Source: Candidatus Binatia bacterium
GTDB taxonomy: Bacteria > Desulfobacterota > Binatia > UBA9968 > JAJDTQ01
Direction of reading: 5' to 3'
Assembly: GCA_963666515.2 (NCBI GenBank)
Contig: OY762897.2
Span: forward strand, 3,328,001 to 3,392,000
DNA length: 64,000 nucleotides
A program made the position numbers and the translations under genes. Shown here one piece after another: positions 1 to 11,818 of this stretch (its first letter is position 1; every line of letters begins with the position of its first letter). Under the pieces are notes generated by a model, which was not told where the DNA came from, ran no database searches, and saw only the letters and a list, made by a program, of their open reading frames with translations.

Positions 1-2
1 GC

Positions 3-101
3 AAGGCCGCCGGGGAGGAGGATCTGAGGCGCTTCGTGATCCACGCCGGAGACGCGCCGGCGCCGGACGCCGCCCCGCCCCAGAGCCGGAAGGACGGTTG
101 A
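3..101 (+). CDS. 3' end of a gene entering the window, probably PilN-like type IV pilus assembly protein
   Basis: Open frame KAAGEEDLRRFVIHAG...KDG* ends 7 bp before the PilO-like gene; call rests on pilN-pilO gene order. Confidence 0.4.
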   Translation, partial: KAAGEEDLRRFVIHAGDAPAPDAAPPQSRKDG

Positions 102-108
102 ACCGATC

Positions 109-1092
109 ATGGGATATTACCTCGACCTCCTGCTCGACCGCCCCCTCGCCCAGCGCGTGGCGCTCATCGCCGGGCTGGTGCTGGCGCTTGCGGCGGCGGA
201 CTATGCTCTGGTCCACCGCCGCCAAGCCGCCCGGATCGCCCGCATCACCGAAGACCTCGACCGCTCCCGCCTGCGGGAGGCTCGCGCACGCTCGGAGTTG
301 CGCCGCCTGCCGCAACTCCGCCGGGAGGCCGCGGCGCTGCAACGCGAGTTGCGCTCGCGGCTTCCCCGCGGGACTGGCCCGCCGACGCCCCTGGAAGCCA
401 TTTCAGCCCGAGCGGCCGCGGCCGGACTCGACGTGGTCCGCTTCCAACCCGGCGCCGCCCGCGCCGGGGAGCACTACACCGAGACGGTCGTGGAAGTGGA
501 TCTCGTGGGGCGCTTCCACGACCTGCTGAGATTCTTCGAGTCGTCCGAGGAACCACGCGACCCGTTGACGGCCGCGAATCTGGCGATCGAGTCGCTACCG
601 TCCGAGGACGGCCGCACCATGCTTCGCGTCACGCTGGAGATGGCGGCGCTCCGGATGCCCGGCCCGGAACCGGACACGGCTAAGGGGGAAAACGCGGTTT
701 CGGAGCCCGGCACGGCCACAAGTCCGCTGCTGGGCAAGGCCGACGCCCGACTCCCGCCGCGGGACCCGTTTCAACCGTACAGGCCTCCGTCGCCGCCGGA
801 GCCGGAGCCCGAACCGGAGGCGGCCGGGGACCAGCCGCACGAGCCCCTTCCGGCGCCGCGCTTCCACGCCGTCGGCATCGTATGGGGGACGCAGAGCGCG
901 GTGGCCCTGGTGAAGGATGCCGACGGCTTCAGGCACCTGGTCCAACCCGGCGCCCTCCTGGACGGCCACCCCTACCGCGTCAAGGCCATCAACCCATGCG
1001 AAGTCATCATGGAAACCGCCGGCGACGATCCGGCCACCCGCGAGACCCGCCTGAAGTTGGCGCGGTGCGGCGCCTACCAGGGTTCGGAATAA
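109..1092 (+). CDS. pilO: Type IV pilus PilO-PilP fusion-like protein
   Basis: N-terminal TM, coiled coil and PilO-like core (GLDVVRFQP, VGRFHDLLRFF); Pro/Glu linker; PilP-like C-terminus (RDPFQPY, VGIVWG..VALVKD.DG). Confidence 0.7.
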   Translation: MGYYLDLLLDRPLAQRVALIAGLVLALAAADYALVHRRQAARIARITEDLDRSRLREARARSELRRLPQLRREAAALQRELRSRLPRGTGPPTPLEAISARAAAAGLDVVRFQPGAARAGEHYTETVVEVDLVGRFHDLLRFFESSEEPRDPLTAANLAIESLPSEDGRTMLRVTLEMAALRMPGPEPDTAKGENAVSEPGTATSPLLGKADARLPPRDPFQPYRPPSPPEPEPEPEAAGDQPHEPLPAPRFHAVGIVWGTQSAVALVKDADGFRHLVQPGALLDGHPYRVKAINPCEVIMETAGDDPATRETRLKLARCGAYQGSE

Positions 1093-1156
1093 GCGTGAAC
1101 AAAGGGATTCCAACCGAAGGCCCGGTGAGGGTCCGCTCGAGGAACTCGCCTCGCCG

Positions 1157-1669
1157 TCAGTCCAGCGGCCTCCAGGCTGCCAGGCGGACCCGGTCCCGGG
1201 GCGTTGCGCCGGCGGGGTCGTGTTCCAGCAGGGCTTCGAGGGCGGCCCTTGCGTTGGCGCGCGGGCACGGGTTCGCCGCGGGATAGCACGCGGTGGACCG
1301 CAGCCGGAGCCGTGGCGGACTGGCGCCCGCCACGGGAGTGGCGACGACGGTGTAGCTGCCGCCGTGGAACCCGCGGCCGTTGTAGAGCGTGGTCGGCGTC
1401 GAGATGGCCAGGAAGTCGCGGACGCCGTCTTCGTCCGCGACTTCGTGCCGGCCGTGGACGAGTCCGGCTTCCGCGATGTAGAACACGGCTACGCTCTTGT
1501 AGTAGGCGCCGGCAATGCGGAGGTCGGTGAGAGTCGCGGTCAGGCTCGTAGCGCTCACCACCGCCAGGACCGCGATCAGCATCAGGACGGACGGGAGGAC
1601 GACGCCCTCCTCGCCTCCGGGAAGAGACCCCGCGCGCCGCTCCGTCAACCGTGCATCCCGCCGTCTCAT
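1157..1669 (-). CDS. PilX N-terminal domain minor pilin-like protein
   Basis: Prepilin-like EEGVVLPSVLMLIAVL and AVFYIAEAGL motif. Confidence 0.7.
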   Translation of the reverse strand: MRRRDARLTERRAGSLPGGEEGVVLPSVLMLIAVLAVVSATSLTATLTDLRIAGAYYKSVAVFYIAEAGLVHGRHEVADEDGVRDFLAISTPTTLYNGRGFHGGSYTVVATPVAGASPPRLRLRSTACYPAANPCPRANARAALEALLEHDPAGATPRDRVRLAAWRPLD

Positions 1670-1709
1670 TCCATTAATGATAATCGGCGGAAGCGGCGGT
1701 TCCTTTAGC

Positions 1710-2402
1710 CTAGAACTTTTCGACCCAGGGTCTCAGCTCGATGTGCGACGTCCAGGCGCTGCGGTGCTGGCGGTGAAGCTGCAGATACGTTTCCGCGATG
1801 CTGTCCGGGCTGAGCCAGGTGTCCGCTCCACGCTCGGAGTCGCGCCTGGGCGAGGCGATGCCGCCGTCGATGACGATCTGCGCCACGTGGACGTTCTGCG
1901 GCTGAAGCTCCCGCGCCATGCTCTGGGTGAGCCCGCTGAGCCCGAACTTGCCCATGGCGAAGGACGCGGAGTTGGCGTAACCCTTGACGCTGGCCGAGGC
2001 GCCGGTGAACAGGATGGTCCCGCCGCCGGTGCGGAGCATGCTGGCGGCCGCGGCCTGTCCTACCAGGAAGCCGCCGTAGCAGGTGACCATGATGGCGTCC
2101 CGGACGGCGCCGGCGTCCAACTCGGTCAGCGGTCCGCGCACCCGCGCGCTGGCGTTGTAGACCACGACGTTGGGATCCCCGAGGTCCTGCGCCACCCGCG
2201 CGAACAGGTCGTTGACCTCACCGGGGACCACCGCGTCACACCGGTAGGCGCGGCAGCCGGTGTCCTCCGACAGTCCCTGGAGCTTGTCCGGGTTGCGGGC
2301 GACGATGGCCGCCTTCATGCCTTCCCGGGTGAACAGCCGCACGAGCGAAGCGCTCAGGCCCGGCCCGCCTCCCACAACCACTGCGACTTCCTGATCTGCC
2401 AT
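1710..2402 (-). CDS. SDR family NAD(P)-dependent oxidoreductase
   Basis: VVGGGPGLS, VVYNAS, FTGASASVKG, HVAQIVIDG. Confidence 0.9.
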   Translation of the reverse strand: MADQEVAVVVGGGPGLSASLVRLFTREGMKAAIVARNPDKLQGLSEDTGCRAYRCDAVVPGEVNDLFARVAQDLGDPNVVVYNASARVRGPLTELDAGAVRDAIMVTCYGGFLVGQAAAASMLRTGGGTILFTGASASVKGYANSASFAMGKFGLSGLTQSMARELQPQNVHVAQIVIDGGIASPRRDSERGADTWLSPDSIAETYLQLHRQHRSAWTSHIELRPWVEKF

Positions 2403-2420
2403 GATCTCCTCCTCGAATGT

Positions 2421-3593
2421 TCAATCGTACAGCAGCGCCTTGTCCCTGCCGGCGCCGTAGACCTCGACGCCGCCGCAGGCGATGCGCGCCACCTCGTCGA
2501 GCCCAATGCCCCGGTCAATGGCTTGCCTGACCGCGGGGCGCCCGGTCAAGAGGTCGATGGCGGGAACGTCGTCACGGAACTCGTACGGCTCGGTCCGCCA
2601 CGCGAACGATTCGGGCCACAGCTTTCGCACCGCCACCAGCACGGCAAGGCCGGTGCGGTAAGGTTCGAAGGCTTGCCGGTCGCTGACGTGCAACTGCAGC
2701 GCGCCGCAACGCTCACCCTTGAACTTGTGGAAAGCCGGCTCGATCACGCATGGGCGGAACAGGACTCCGGGCAGGTCCTGGCGCCGCAACTCCTCGGCCA
2801 GCGACGCCCCGTCGATGAAGGGCGCCCCGAACAGCTCGAAGGGGCGCGTGGTGCCGCGGCCTTCGGACAGGTTGGTGCCCTCCAGCAGGCACATGCCCGG
2901 GTAGACCAGCGCCGTGTCCGGGGTCGGCATGTTGGGCGACGGCATCACCCAGGGCAGGCCGCATTGGTCGTAGTACGCGCTCCGCCTCCATCCCTCGCAT
3001 GTCACCACGTCCAGCTCGCTGCCGATGCCGAACGTCTCGTTGTAGAGCCGTGCCAGCTCGCCCAGTGTCATGCCGTGCCGTTGCGGCACCGGGTACAGCC
3101 CGCAGAAGTTCTCCAGCCCTTCGTCCAGGCCGCCCCCCTCCACCGCGGTGCCGCCGATGGGGTTGGGCCGGTCAAGCACCACCACCCTGACCCCGCACTT
3201 CCTCGCCGCGCGCATGCACAGCGCCATGGTGGCGGCATAGGTGTAGTAGCGGGCGCCGACGTCCTGGATGTCGAACAGGAGAATGTCGAGGTCTTCCAGT
3301 TGCTCCGGCGTCGGCGCAAGCGAATCGAAGGTGGCGCCGTAGAGGCTCACGGACGGCAGGCCCGTGGCCGGATCCGTGTCGTCCGCCACCTCTACCATGT
3401 CCTGCGCCGACCCCCGCAGGCCGTGCTCGGGACCGAACAGGCAGCGCAGGTCCACTTCCGGGTGCCGGTGCAGCAGGTCGGCGGCGTGGTTGAGATCGGG
3501 GTCTACCGTCGTGGGGTTGGCCACCAGCCCCACGCGCGCGGCGCCGAGCCAACGGCGCGGGTCTTCGAGGAGCCTCTCCAGTCCGGTACGCAC
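2421..3593 (-). CDS. namZ: DUF1343 family exo-beta-N-acetylmuramidase (NamZ-like)
   Basis: FGPEHG, FDIQDVGARYYTY, LDRPNP, PSPNMP, EGTNLSEGRGTTRPFE; GTG start at 3593 just after the upstream gene's stop. Confidence 0.9.
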   Translation of the reverse strand: MRTGLERLLEDPRRWLGAARVGLVANPTTVDPDLNHAADLLHRHPEVDLRCLFGPEHGLRGSAQDMVEVADDTDPATGLPSVSLYGATFDSLAPTPEQLEDLDILLFDIQDVGARYYTYAATMALCMRAARKCGVRVVVLDRPNPIGGTAVEGGGLDEGLENFCGLYPVPQRHGMTLGELARLYNETFGIGSELDVVTCEGWRRSAYYDQCGLPWVMPSPNMPTPDTALVYPGMCLLEGTNLSEGRGTTRPFELFGAPFIDGASLAEELRRQDLPGVLFRPCVIEPAFHKFKGERCGALQLHVSDRQAFEPYRTGLAVLVAVRKLWPESFAWRTEPYEFRDDVPAIDLLTGRPAVRQAIDRGIGLDEVARIACGGVEVYGAGRDKALLYD

Positions 3594-3595
3594 GG

Positions 3596-4474
3596 CTAAC
3601 CCCCGCCCGCTCTGGCGTAGACCAGCAGCAGGGTGCCGATGAAGGTGAGCCCGACGCCGACGCACACCCTCAGGTTCACGGTCTCCACGTCGCGCAGGAA
3701 GATGGCCGTGAGGACCACCGTCAATACCGGGTTGGTGCTGATCAGAGGCTCCACGATGACGATGTCGCCGGCGGCGAGGGCGTAGAAGTTCGCCAGCATC
3801 CCGGTGGTGTTGCACAGGCCCGCGGCCACGAACCACGCGAACACCGAACGGGACATGGGCAACACCTTGCGCGGCCCGCCTCGGCCGTAGACCATGCCGG
3901 TGGCCAGCGCCAGCCCGGTGGTGGCGTTTACGCACGACGCCATGAGCGGCAGGTTGTCGATGAAGAAGCCGAGCTTGCGGACGCTGGCGGCGAAGGAGAA
4001 CGACAGCGCCGCCAGCAGGGGGAAGATGAAGTCCCGGCGCCGCCACTCGGCCTCTTTCTGCTCGTGGGTGCGCGAGATGACGATGACGCCGGCGATGATC
4101 AGCGTGGTGCCGAAGAAGGCTCCCAGGGTCCAGTGCTCTCCGACGATGATCACCGCGAGTATGGACGCGAACATGGGGGTGGTGCTCACCACGGGGATGG
4201 AACGCGCCACTCCCAGCCGGTCGATGGAAACGTAGACCAGCCACCGTCCGAGGCCGGAGGCGAACAGGCCGCCCACCGCGAAATACCAGATGGCGTGGGT
4301 CCAGAAGGCGGCCAGGGGCATGGAGCCCGCCACCATGACCCACAGGGTCACGAACGAGATGACGATGGAGATGGTGAACCCCGCCAGGGGATTGGACTCG
4401 GCCAGCCCGCGGCGGATCAGGATGTGGGAGACCGCGAAGCCCAGCGACGCGATCAGGGCGTAGAATATGGCCAT
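3596..4474 (-). CDS. DMT/EamA family transporter
   Basis: About 10 TM helices in two EamA repeats. Confidence 0.85.
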   Translation of the reverse strand: MAIFYALIASLGFAVSHILIRRGLAESNPLAGFTISIVISFVTLWVMVAGSMPLAAFWTHAIWYFAVGGLFASGLGRWLVYVSIDRLGVARSIPVVSTTPMFASILAVIIVGEHWTLGAFFGTTLIIAGVIVISRTHEQKEAEWRRRDFIFPLLAALSFSFAASVRKLGFFIDNLPLMASCVNATTGLALATGMVYGRGGPRKVLPMSRSVFAWFVAAGLCNTTGMLANFYALAAGDIVIVEPLISTNPVLTVVLTAIFLRDVETVNLRVCVGVGLTFIGTLLLVYARAGGG

Positions 4475-4523
4475 GCGAGATGGAGATGCGCGGGCTGATG
4501 GCGGTCAGCCCGGCGGAAGACCG

Positions 4524-4751
4524 CTATTGTCCCGCCTCGTACCAGCGCGCGACGCGGATCTTGATGGCCCCGACGGGACAGTCCCACTCGCAGATGAAGC
4601 AGCCCTGGCAGTCTTCCTCGTACCTGGCGAAGGGATAGCCGTCCTTGCCGATGCGGATCACGTCCGTGGGGCAGGCGTCGTCGCAGGCCGTGCAGGAGAT
4701 GCAGACTTCCTTGTATATCTCGACCTTCGGCAGATGCAGATCTTCGGCCAT
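4524..4751 (-). CDS. 2x[4Fe-4S] ferredoxin (AprB-like partner of the flavoprotein)
   Basis: CISCTACDDACP and CQGCFICEWDCP; ATG at 4751, 2 bp after the flavoprotein stop. Confidence 0.9.
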   Translation of the reverse strand: MAEDLHLPKVEIYKEVCISCTACDDACPTDVIRIGKDGYPFARYEEDCQGCFICEWDCPVGAIKIRVARWYEAGQ

Positions 4752-4753
4752 GG

Positions 4754-6508
4754 CTACGCCAGTTCCTCTTCCACCGCCTGCCCGGCGACCTTGAAGAAGG
4801 GGTGCATCGCCTTTCCGGGCCTCGGACGGTAGTGCACGTAGAACTCGTCGCGCGGGATGGGCTCGTCCCAGATCTTCAGGGCGCCGTTCTCGATGATGGA
4901 CTTGCTCAACACCAGCCACTTCTCGTTGTCGGTCTCCGGATGGTCGCGGTTGATGACCGAGCCGCGGCTCTCCTGCCGGTGCAGCAGGTAGTCCAGCACC
5001 GCGGTCAGCGCCTCGATGGAATTGCGCAGCCCCAGCACCTTCACCAAGTCGTGGGGGTCCCTGGCCATGACCTGGTCATAGGTGTCGAGGATGTCCGCGA
5101 GCCCGCGCCGCACCCGGGTGATCTTCTCGTCGTTGAGGATGACCCCCAGCTCGTGCAGCAGGTCCGCGGCCCTGCCGTGGACCTCGTCGAAGTCGGTCCC
5201 TTCCGGCTTGAGGTACTGGGTGGCGCTCCCGGAGAGCGACTCCACCTGCTGCCCGACGGCGCCCTTGAGGTCCGCGTTCCGGGCGTAGTCGGCGGCGTGC
5301 AGCCCGGCCCACCAGCCCAGCACCATGCACCAGGAGAGGTTCAGGTTGGGCGAGATGTTCATGCCGTCGCTGCTGGCGCCGGCGGCGAACAGGCCCGGCA
5401 GCGAGGTCCTGCACTGGTCGTCCACCACCGCGCCGCCGCCGTGGCTGGAGCCGTAGGTGGCCGCCAGCACCGGCAGATACGGTACCCGCTCCTTGCTGAC
5501 GTTGTACCCCCCCGCCTCGAGGGTGTTCATGATGATGGGGATGACTTCGTACAGCATGCGGATGTTCTCGGGCGGGAGCTTGGTGCAGTCGAGGTACACG
5601 GGCCCGTTGCCTTCCAGCATCTCCAGCGCCACCGCCTGTCCCAGCGACAGCCGGCGGGTGAACTCGGCCTCGGACTCCGTGAACCGCTTCATCACGTCCA
5701 CGCCCAGGCGGTTGAAGTAGCTGGTGCCCATGGTGGTGAAGTGCTCGATGCCCGGGGCGCACATGAACTCCATGGTCTGGAGGTACTTGCTGCCGCACGC
5801 CATGTTGCCCATCACCGCGCCCGCCCGGAGCTGCATGGCGACGCCGTCGCTGGTGATGTTGAGGGGCATGCCGGCGAACCATTGCCCCGGCCGCTTGTAG
5901 CCGAAGTTGAACCCGCCGGCGCACATCACCACGGACTTGGCCTCGCAGACGTGGACCTCGCGTTCCCGGCCGGAGACCCCCAGCGCGCCTACCACGTGAC
6001 CGCCGGTGGGGTGCCTGCCGTCGGAGGTCAGCAGGTCGGTGACCGACACCCGGTTGAGCACCCGGACGCCGGCCCGCAACGCCACCCCGCGCACCACCTT
6101 CATCATCGCGGTGCCGCCGCCCACGAGGCCCGCGGCCAGCCCGCCGCTGGCCGCGGCTCCCGATCCGCCCTTGCCGCGCCAGATCTCGCCGCGCTCCTTG
6201 ACGAACCGCACGCCCCAGCCGTCCAGGATCTGGAGCACGTCATGGGTGGCGTATATGGCCTCGATGGCCTTGGTCTGGTTGGTGAGCACGCCGCGGCCAC
6301 CGAGGTGGATCATGAGGTCGTCGCCCGGCATGTAGGTGATGTACGCGCCCGAAGCCAGTGCCGCGCAACCGCTCCGCCCGAACACGGACTTGTCCACCAG
6401 CAGCACGTCCGCGCCCGCCTCCCGCGCGCGGATCGCCGCCATGGCCCCGGCCGCGCCGCCGCCGATGACCAGCACGTCGGCTTGGTGATGGATCGTCTTG
6501 TAGCTCAT
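4754..6508 (-). CDS. FAD-binding flavoprotein, AprA/SdhA/FrdA superfamily
   Basis: DVLVIGGGAAG, RSGCAAL, TSLPGLFAAG, RQESRG..N.DHPETDN. Confidence 0.85.
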   Translation of the reverse strand: MSYKTIHHQADVLVIGGGAAGAMAAIRAREAGADVLLVDKSVFGRSGCAALASGAYITYMPGDDLMIHLGGRGVLTNQTKAIEAIYATHDVLQILDGWGVRFVKERGEIWRGKGGSGAAASGGLAAGLVGGGTAMMKVVRGVALRAGVRVLNRVSVTDLLTSDGRHPTGGHVVGALGVSGREREVHVCEAKSVVMCAGGFNFGYKRPGQWFAGMPLNITSDGVAMQLRAGAVMGNMACGSKYLQTMEFMCAPGIEHFTTMGTSYFNRLGVDVMKRFTESEAEFTRRLSLGQAVALEMLEGNGPVYLDCTKLPPENIRMLYEVIPIIMNTLEAGGYNVSKERVPYLPVLAATYGSSHGGGAVVDDQCRTSLPGLFAAGASSDGMNISPNLNLSWCMVLGWWAGLHAADYARNADLKGAVGQQVESLSGSATQYLKPEGTDFDEVHGRAADLLHELGVILNDEKITRVRRGLADILDTYDQVMARDPHDLVKVLGLRNSIEALTAVLDYLLHRQESRGSVINRDHPETDNEKWLVLSKSIIENGALKIWDEPIPRDEFYVHYRPRPGKAMHPFFKVAGQAVEEELA

Positions 6509-6534
6509 GATGGGTGCGCCCTGTCGGCTCCTAG

Positions 6535-6563
6535 TACCTAGACCAACTCACGTGCCCTGTCAA
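6535..6563 (-). promoter_or_regulatory. Putative sigma70 promoter for the flavoprotein operon
   Basis: TTGACA (6563-6558) with TAGGTA 17 nt downstream. Confidence 0.4.
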
Positions 6564-6681
6564 AGACCGCTCCAGATCGCCGGTACCGGACCCGCGACAA
6601 CCGGTTCTCCGGTTTTTGCTTGCGCATCCACGCGCGTCCGGTTTATGGAAATTTTCACCATTCTGTTTCGGGGAGATGCCG

Positions 6682-8583
<1,902 letters not shown>

Positions 8584-8638
8584 CGGCTCGAAGTTCGGGT
8601 TCGGACACGAGCTTACGGCGAATTTGTTGATTTTCTCC

Positions 8639-8666
8639 TTGACAAATCAGTTCGTTTGCGTATATC
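8639..8666 (+). promoter_or_regulatory. Putative sigma70 promoter for the symporter
   Basis: TTGACA-N16-TATATC in an AT-rich intergenic region. Confidence 0.5.
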
Positions 8667-8845
8667 CGCATTGAAATAAGATCCTGCAACGGGATCGCTC
8701 CATGTTTGCGGTGCTGGCGTTGAAGGGGGAACTGCGCTTGCCCGACGAGCAGCCCATACCACGATTCGGTCTCGCCCCGGGACCGGGTTTCACCCACAAC
8801 ACGTTCGCCGTGCATTGGTAATCCTTTTCCCTGAAGGAGGTGCCT

Positions 8846-10804
8846 ATGTCCGCCAAGGTCATTTGGTTGTTCGCCTTCGTGATACTCTACTGGGCCTACT
8901 GCATCTATTGGGGTATCCGCGGCGCGCGGATGGCGCGAACCGCCGCCGACTACTTCATCTCGGGACGGGTGCTGCCGCTATGGGTCTTCGTGCTGGCGGC
9001 GACGGCGACCTCGTTCTCGGGCTGGACGTTCATCGGCCATCCCGGCCTGGTGTTCCGTGACGGGTTCCAGTACGCCTACGCTTCGTTCTACACCATCACG
9101 ATCCCGTTCACCGGCGTGATGTTCCTGAAGCGTCAATGGATGCTGGGCAAGCGCTACGGCTACGTCACCCCCGGCGAGATGTTCTCCGACTACTTCAGAG
9201 GCGACTTCATTCGCATTCTGACGGTGGTGGTGGCGCTGTTCTTCTCGATCCCGTACCTGGGCGTGCAGTTGCGGGCTTCGGGCTTCCTGTTCCACGTGCT
9301 CACGGACACGGCCCTGTCCATCGACGTCGGCATGTGGATGCTCTCCCTGGTCGTGTTGATCTACGTGGCGTCGGGAGGGCTGCGAGCCGTGGCCTACGTG
9401 GACACCCTGCAATGCATCCTGCTGGCGCTGGGTATCATCATCATCGGCATCATCGGCCTGGCCTATGTGGGCGGCTTCGGCGCCCTCACCGGCAAGATCG
9501 CCGAGCTGGTCCAGTACCAGGTGGCCAACAAGATCAAGATCACGCCGGACGGATACAGCCACTACGTCGCGATACCAGGGGTGATACAATTCGTCTCATC
9601 CGGTCCGTCGGCCATAGGGGGCGCCTGGACCGGCATCATGATCCTCACGTACATGTTCGCCCTCATGGGCATCCAGTCCGCGCCAGCCTTCTCCATGTGG
9701 TCGTTCTCCAACCGCAACCCGGCGCCGTTCGCGCCCCAGCAGGTCTGGGCCTCGTCCTTCGCCATCGGCTTCATCCTGTTCTTCTTCACCGCTTTCCAGG
9801 CCATGGCCGGACACTTCCTGGGCGGCAACGAGTTCATGCTCAAGGCTGGGCTCGCGGAGAACGTCATGGGCATCGACGCGGGCTACAACGCGAGCTCGGG
9901 GCTCATGGCGCAAGGGCTCCTGGTGCCCTCCATGATCAATCTCATGGCGGACGTCGCCCCCTGGCTCCTGGGCCTGCTGGCCGTGTGCGCCCTGGCCGCC
10001 ATGCAGTCCACCGGCGCAGCCTACATGTCCACCGCGGGCTCGATGCTGACGCGGGATCTCTACAAGAGATATCTCAACCCCGGCGCCGACCACGCCACCC
10101 AGGTGTGGGTGGGACGTATCGGGGTCCTCATCATCGTGCTGGCGGCCCTGATCGTGGCAACGGTTTCCACCGACGCGCTGGTGCTGCTGGGAGGCTTGGC
10201 CGTGGCCTACGGCTTCCAGATGTGGCCCGCCCTGATCGCGGTATGCTGGTGGCCCTGGCTCACGCGTGAAGGGGTGAGCTGGGGACTCCTGGCCGGGGTC
10301 ATCGCGGTGACGTTCACCGAGACCATCGGCCAGAACCTGGTGCCGAACCTGCCGTGGGGCCGCTGGCCCTGGACCATCCACGCGGCCGGCTGGGGCATCT
10401 TCTTCAACCTCGGCTTGGCCATCATCATCTCCGCGGTGACGCAGAACGCCGAGGAGTTGAAGCACCGCATGACCTACCACAACTTCCTGGCCGAGCACTC
10501 GAGCCTGCCGGAAGAGAAGCGCGGCATGGTGCCCATGGCCTGGATCGTGACCCTGGTGTGGTTCTTCTTCGCCATCGGCCCGGGCGCCGTCTTCGGCAAC
10601 ACCCTGTTCGGCGACCCCAACAACCCGGCCTCCTGGTGGGTTTTCGGCATGCCGTCCATCTGGGTGTGGCAGATCATCTGGTGGGCCCTGGGCGTCGGCA
10701 TGATGTGGCTCCTGGCCTACAAGATGGAGATGTCCATCGTGCCGAGCAAGGAAGTGGAGGCGCTCACCGAAGACATCGGTGACCGGCAGGCCGCCAGCGC
10801 GTGA
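8846..10804 (+). CDS. Sodium:solute symporter (SSS family)
   Basis: ADYFISGR, ATSFSGWTFIGHPG, GGLRAVAYVD, AAMQST; AAGGAGG RBS. Confidence 0.9.
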   Translation: MSAKVIWLFAFVILYWAYCIYWGIRGARMARTAADYFISGRVLPLWVFVLAATATSFSGWTFIGHPGLVFRDGFQYAYASFYTITIPFTGVMFLKRQWMLGKRYGYVTPGEMFSDYFRGDFIRILTVVVALFFSIPYLGVQLRASGFLFHVLTDTALSIDVGMWMLSLVVLIYVASGGLRAVAYVDTLQCILLALGIIIIGIIGLAYVGGFGALTGKIAELVQYQVANKIKITPDGYSHYVAIPGVIQFVSSGPSAIGGAWTGIMILTYMFALMGIQSAPAFSMWSFSNRNPAPFAPQQVWASSFAIGFILFFFTAFQAMAGHFLGGNEFMLKAGLAENVMGIDAGYNASSGLMAQGLLVPSMINLMADVAPWLLGLLAVCALAAMQSTGAAYMSTAGSMLTRDLYKRYLNPGADHATQVWVGRIGVLIIVLAALIVATVSTDALVLLGGLAVAYGFQMWPALIAVCWWPWLTREGVSWGLLAGVIAVTFTETIGQNLVPNLPWGRWPWTIHAAGWGIFFNLGLAIIISAVTQNAEELKHRMTYHNFLAEHSSLPEEKRGMVPMAWIVTLVWFFFAIGPGAVFGNTLFGDPNNPASWWVFGMPSIWVWQIIWWALGVGMMWLLAYKMEMSIVPSKEVEALTEDIGDRQAASA

Positions 10805-10820
10805 CCCGCGTCCAGACGCC

Positions 10821-10864
10821 AGGGACCTCCTCCGGCCCGTGCCGGAGGGGGTCCCTTTCCCTTT
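10821..10864 (+). terminator. Probable intrinsic terminator hairpin
   Basis: AGGGACCTCCTCCGGC-ccgt-GCCGGAGGGGGTCCCT followed by TTCCCTTT. Confidence 0.6.
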
Positions 10865-10884
10865 CATCCGCGCCCGCGTGACCC

Positions 10885-11130
10885 ATGTACGCATCCTCCT
10901 CCGCCTCGCTGGTGTGGTTCTGGATCACGACGTGGCTGCTGGCGATACTGCTCTACTTTCCGGTGCACCGCCTGATCTGGGTGATGCGCGTGCGCAGGCT
11001 GGAAGCACGGACGGGCAGCAAGCCCACCGACGAAGAGATCGAGACCCTGCGGGTCAAGACACGGATCGTCGCCGGGCTCATCGTCCTCACCTTCGCCTAC
11101 CTCTTCAACCACGTCGTCTTTCGCTCGTGA
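10885..11130 (+). CDS. Small two-TM membrane protein
   Basis: Two hydrophobic helices; co-oriented between the symporter and TPR genes. Confidence 0.7.
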   Translation: MYASSSASLVWFWITTWLLAILLYFPVHRLIWVMRVRRLEARTGSKPTDEEIETLRVKTRIVAGLIVLTFAYLFNHVVFRS

Positions 11131-11185
11131 ACATGGCCTCATACGGACACCCTTCGGGCCGGAGTCCCCGCGCGGGGGGAGTGAC

Positions 11186-11785
11186 GTGATCCAGACCGGA
11201 TCCAGCGTCCACCGGCTCATGGTGTGGCTCGCCGCGGCCACCGCCATCTTCGTCGGCGCCTCGGTGCTCTACGAGTACGTCTTCACCAACCACGACCAGG
11301 GGGAGCTGCACTACCGCCGGGGCAACCTGCGGCTGGAGGACGGCCTCTACCGGGAAGCGCTGACCGAGTTCGAGGAACAGCTCCGGCTCCACCCGGAGCA
11401 GGCCGCCGGCCATCTCGGCAAGGGCCTCGCGCTGATGGGACTGGCGCGGAACGACGAGGCGCTGGCCGCCATCGACCACGCCATCGCGCTGAAGCCGGAC
11501 TTCGCCGCGGCGTTCGCCAATCGCGGCATTCTCCACGACCGCTTGGGCCGGAGCGAGAAGGCGCTGGGCGACTACCGCCGGGCGCTGGCGATGGACGCCA
11601 CCCTGGCCGACGGCCCCGGCTGGATCACGCGGTTCTTCCGCAAGCAGCCCCAGGCGCCCCCCACCATCCGGGACCGCGCCGTCTACCTCGCCGAGCAGCT
11701 CAAGAAGCCCGCGGCCGAGCGCCTTCTGCAGGTGCCGGAGCTGGACGGCGCGCAACGCTCCTACAAGGTCCACGGGAAGGACTGA
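11186..11785 (+). CDS. Membrane-anchored tetratricopeptide repeat protein
   Basis: N-terminal TM; TPR motifs (AIALKPDFAAAFANRG). Confidence 0.85.
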   Translation: MIQTGSSVHRLMVWLAAATAIFVGASVLYEYVFTNHDQGELHYRRGNLRLEDGLYREALTEFEEQLRLHPEQAAGHLGKGLALMGLARNDEALAAIDHAIALKPDFAAAFANRGILHDRLGRSEKALGDYRRALAMDATLADGPGWITRFFRKQPQAPPTIRDRAVYLAEQLKKPAAERLLQVPELDGAQRSYKVHGKD

Positions 11786-11818
11786 ACCCGCCGCCAGGAG
11801 CCGGCCGCCCTCGGCCGG

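Noticed and set aside
2421-4343. 640-aa ORF as a long NamZ
   Set aside because: The N-terminal 250 aa is an off-frame read through the EamA gene; homology starts at GTG 3593.
8670-8845. Riboswitch in the symporter leader
   Set aside because: No known aptamer consensus recognised by eye.
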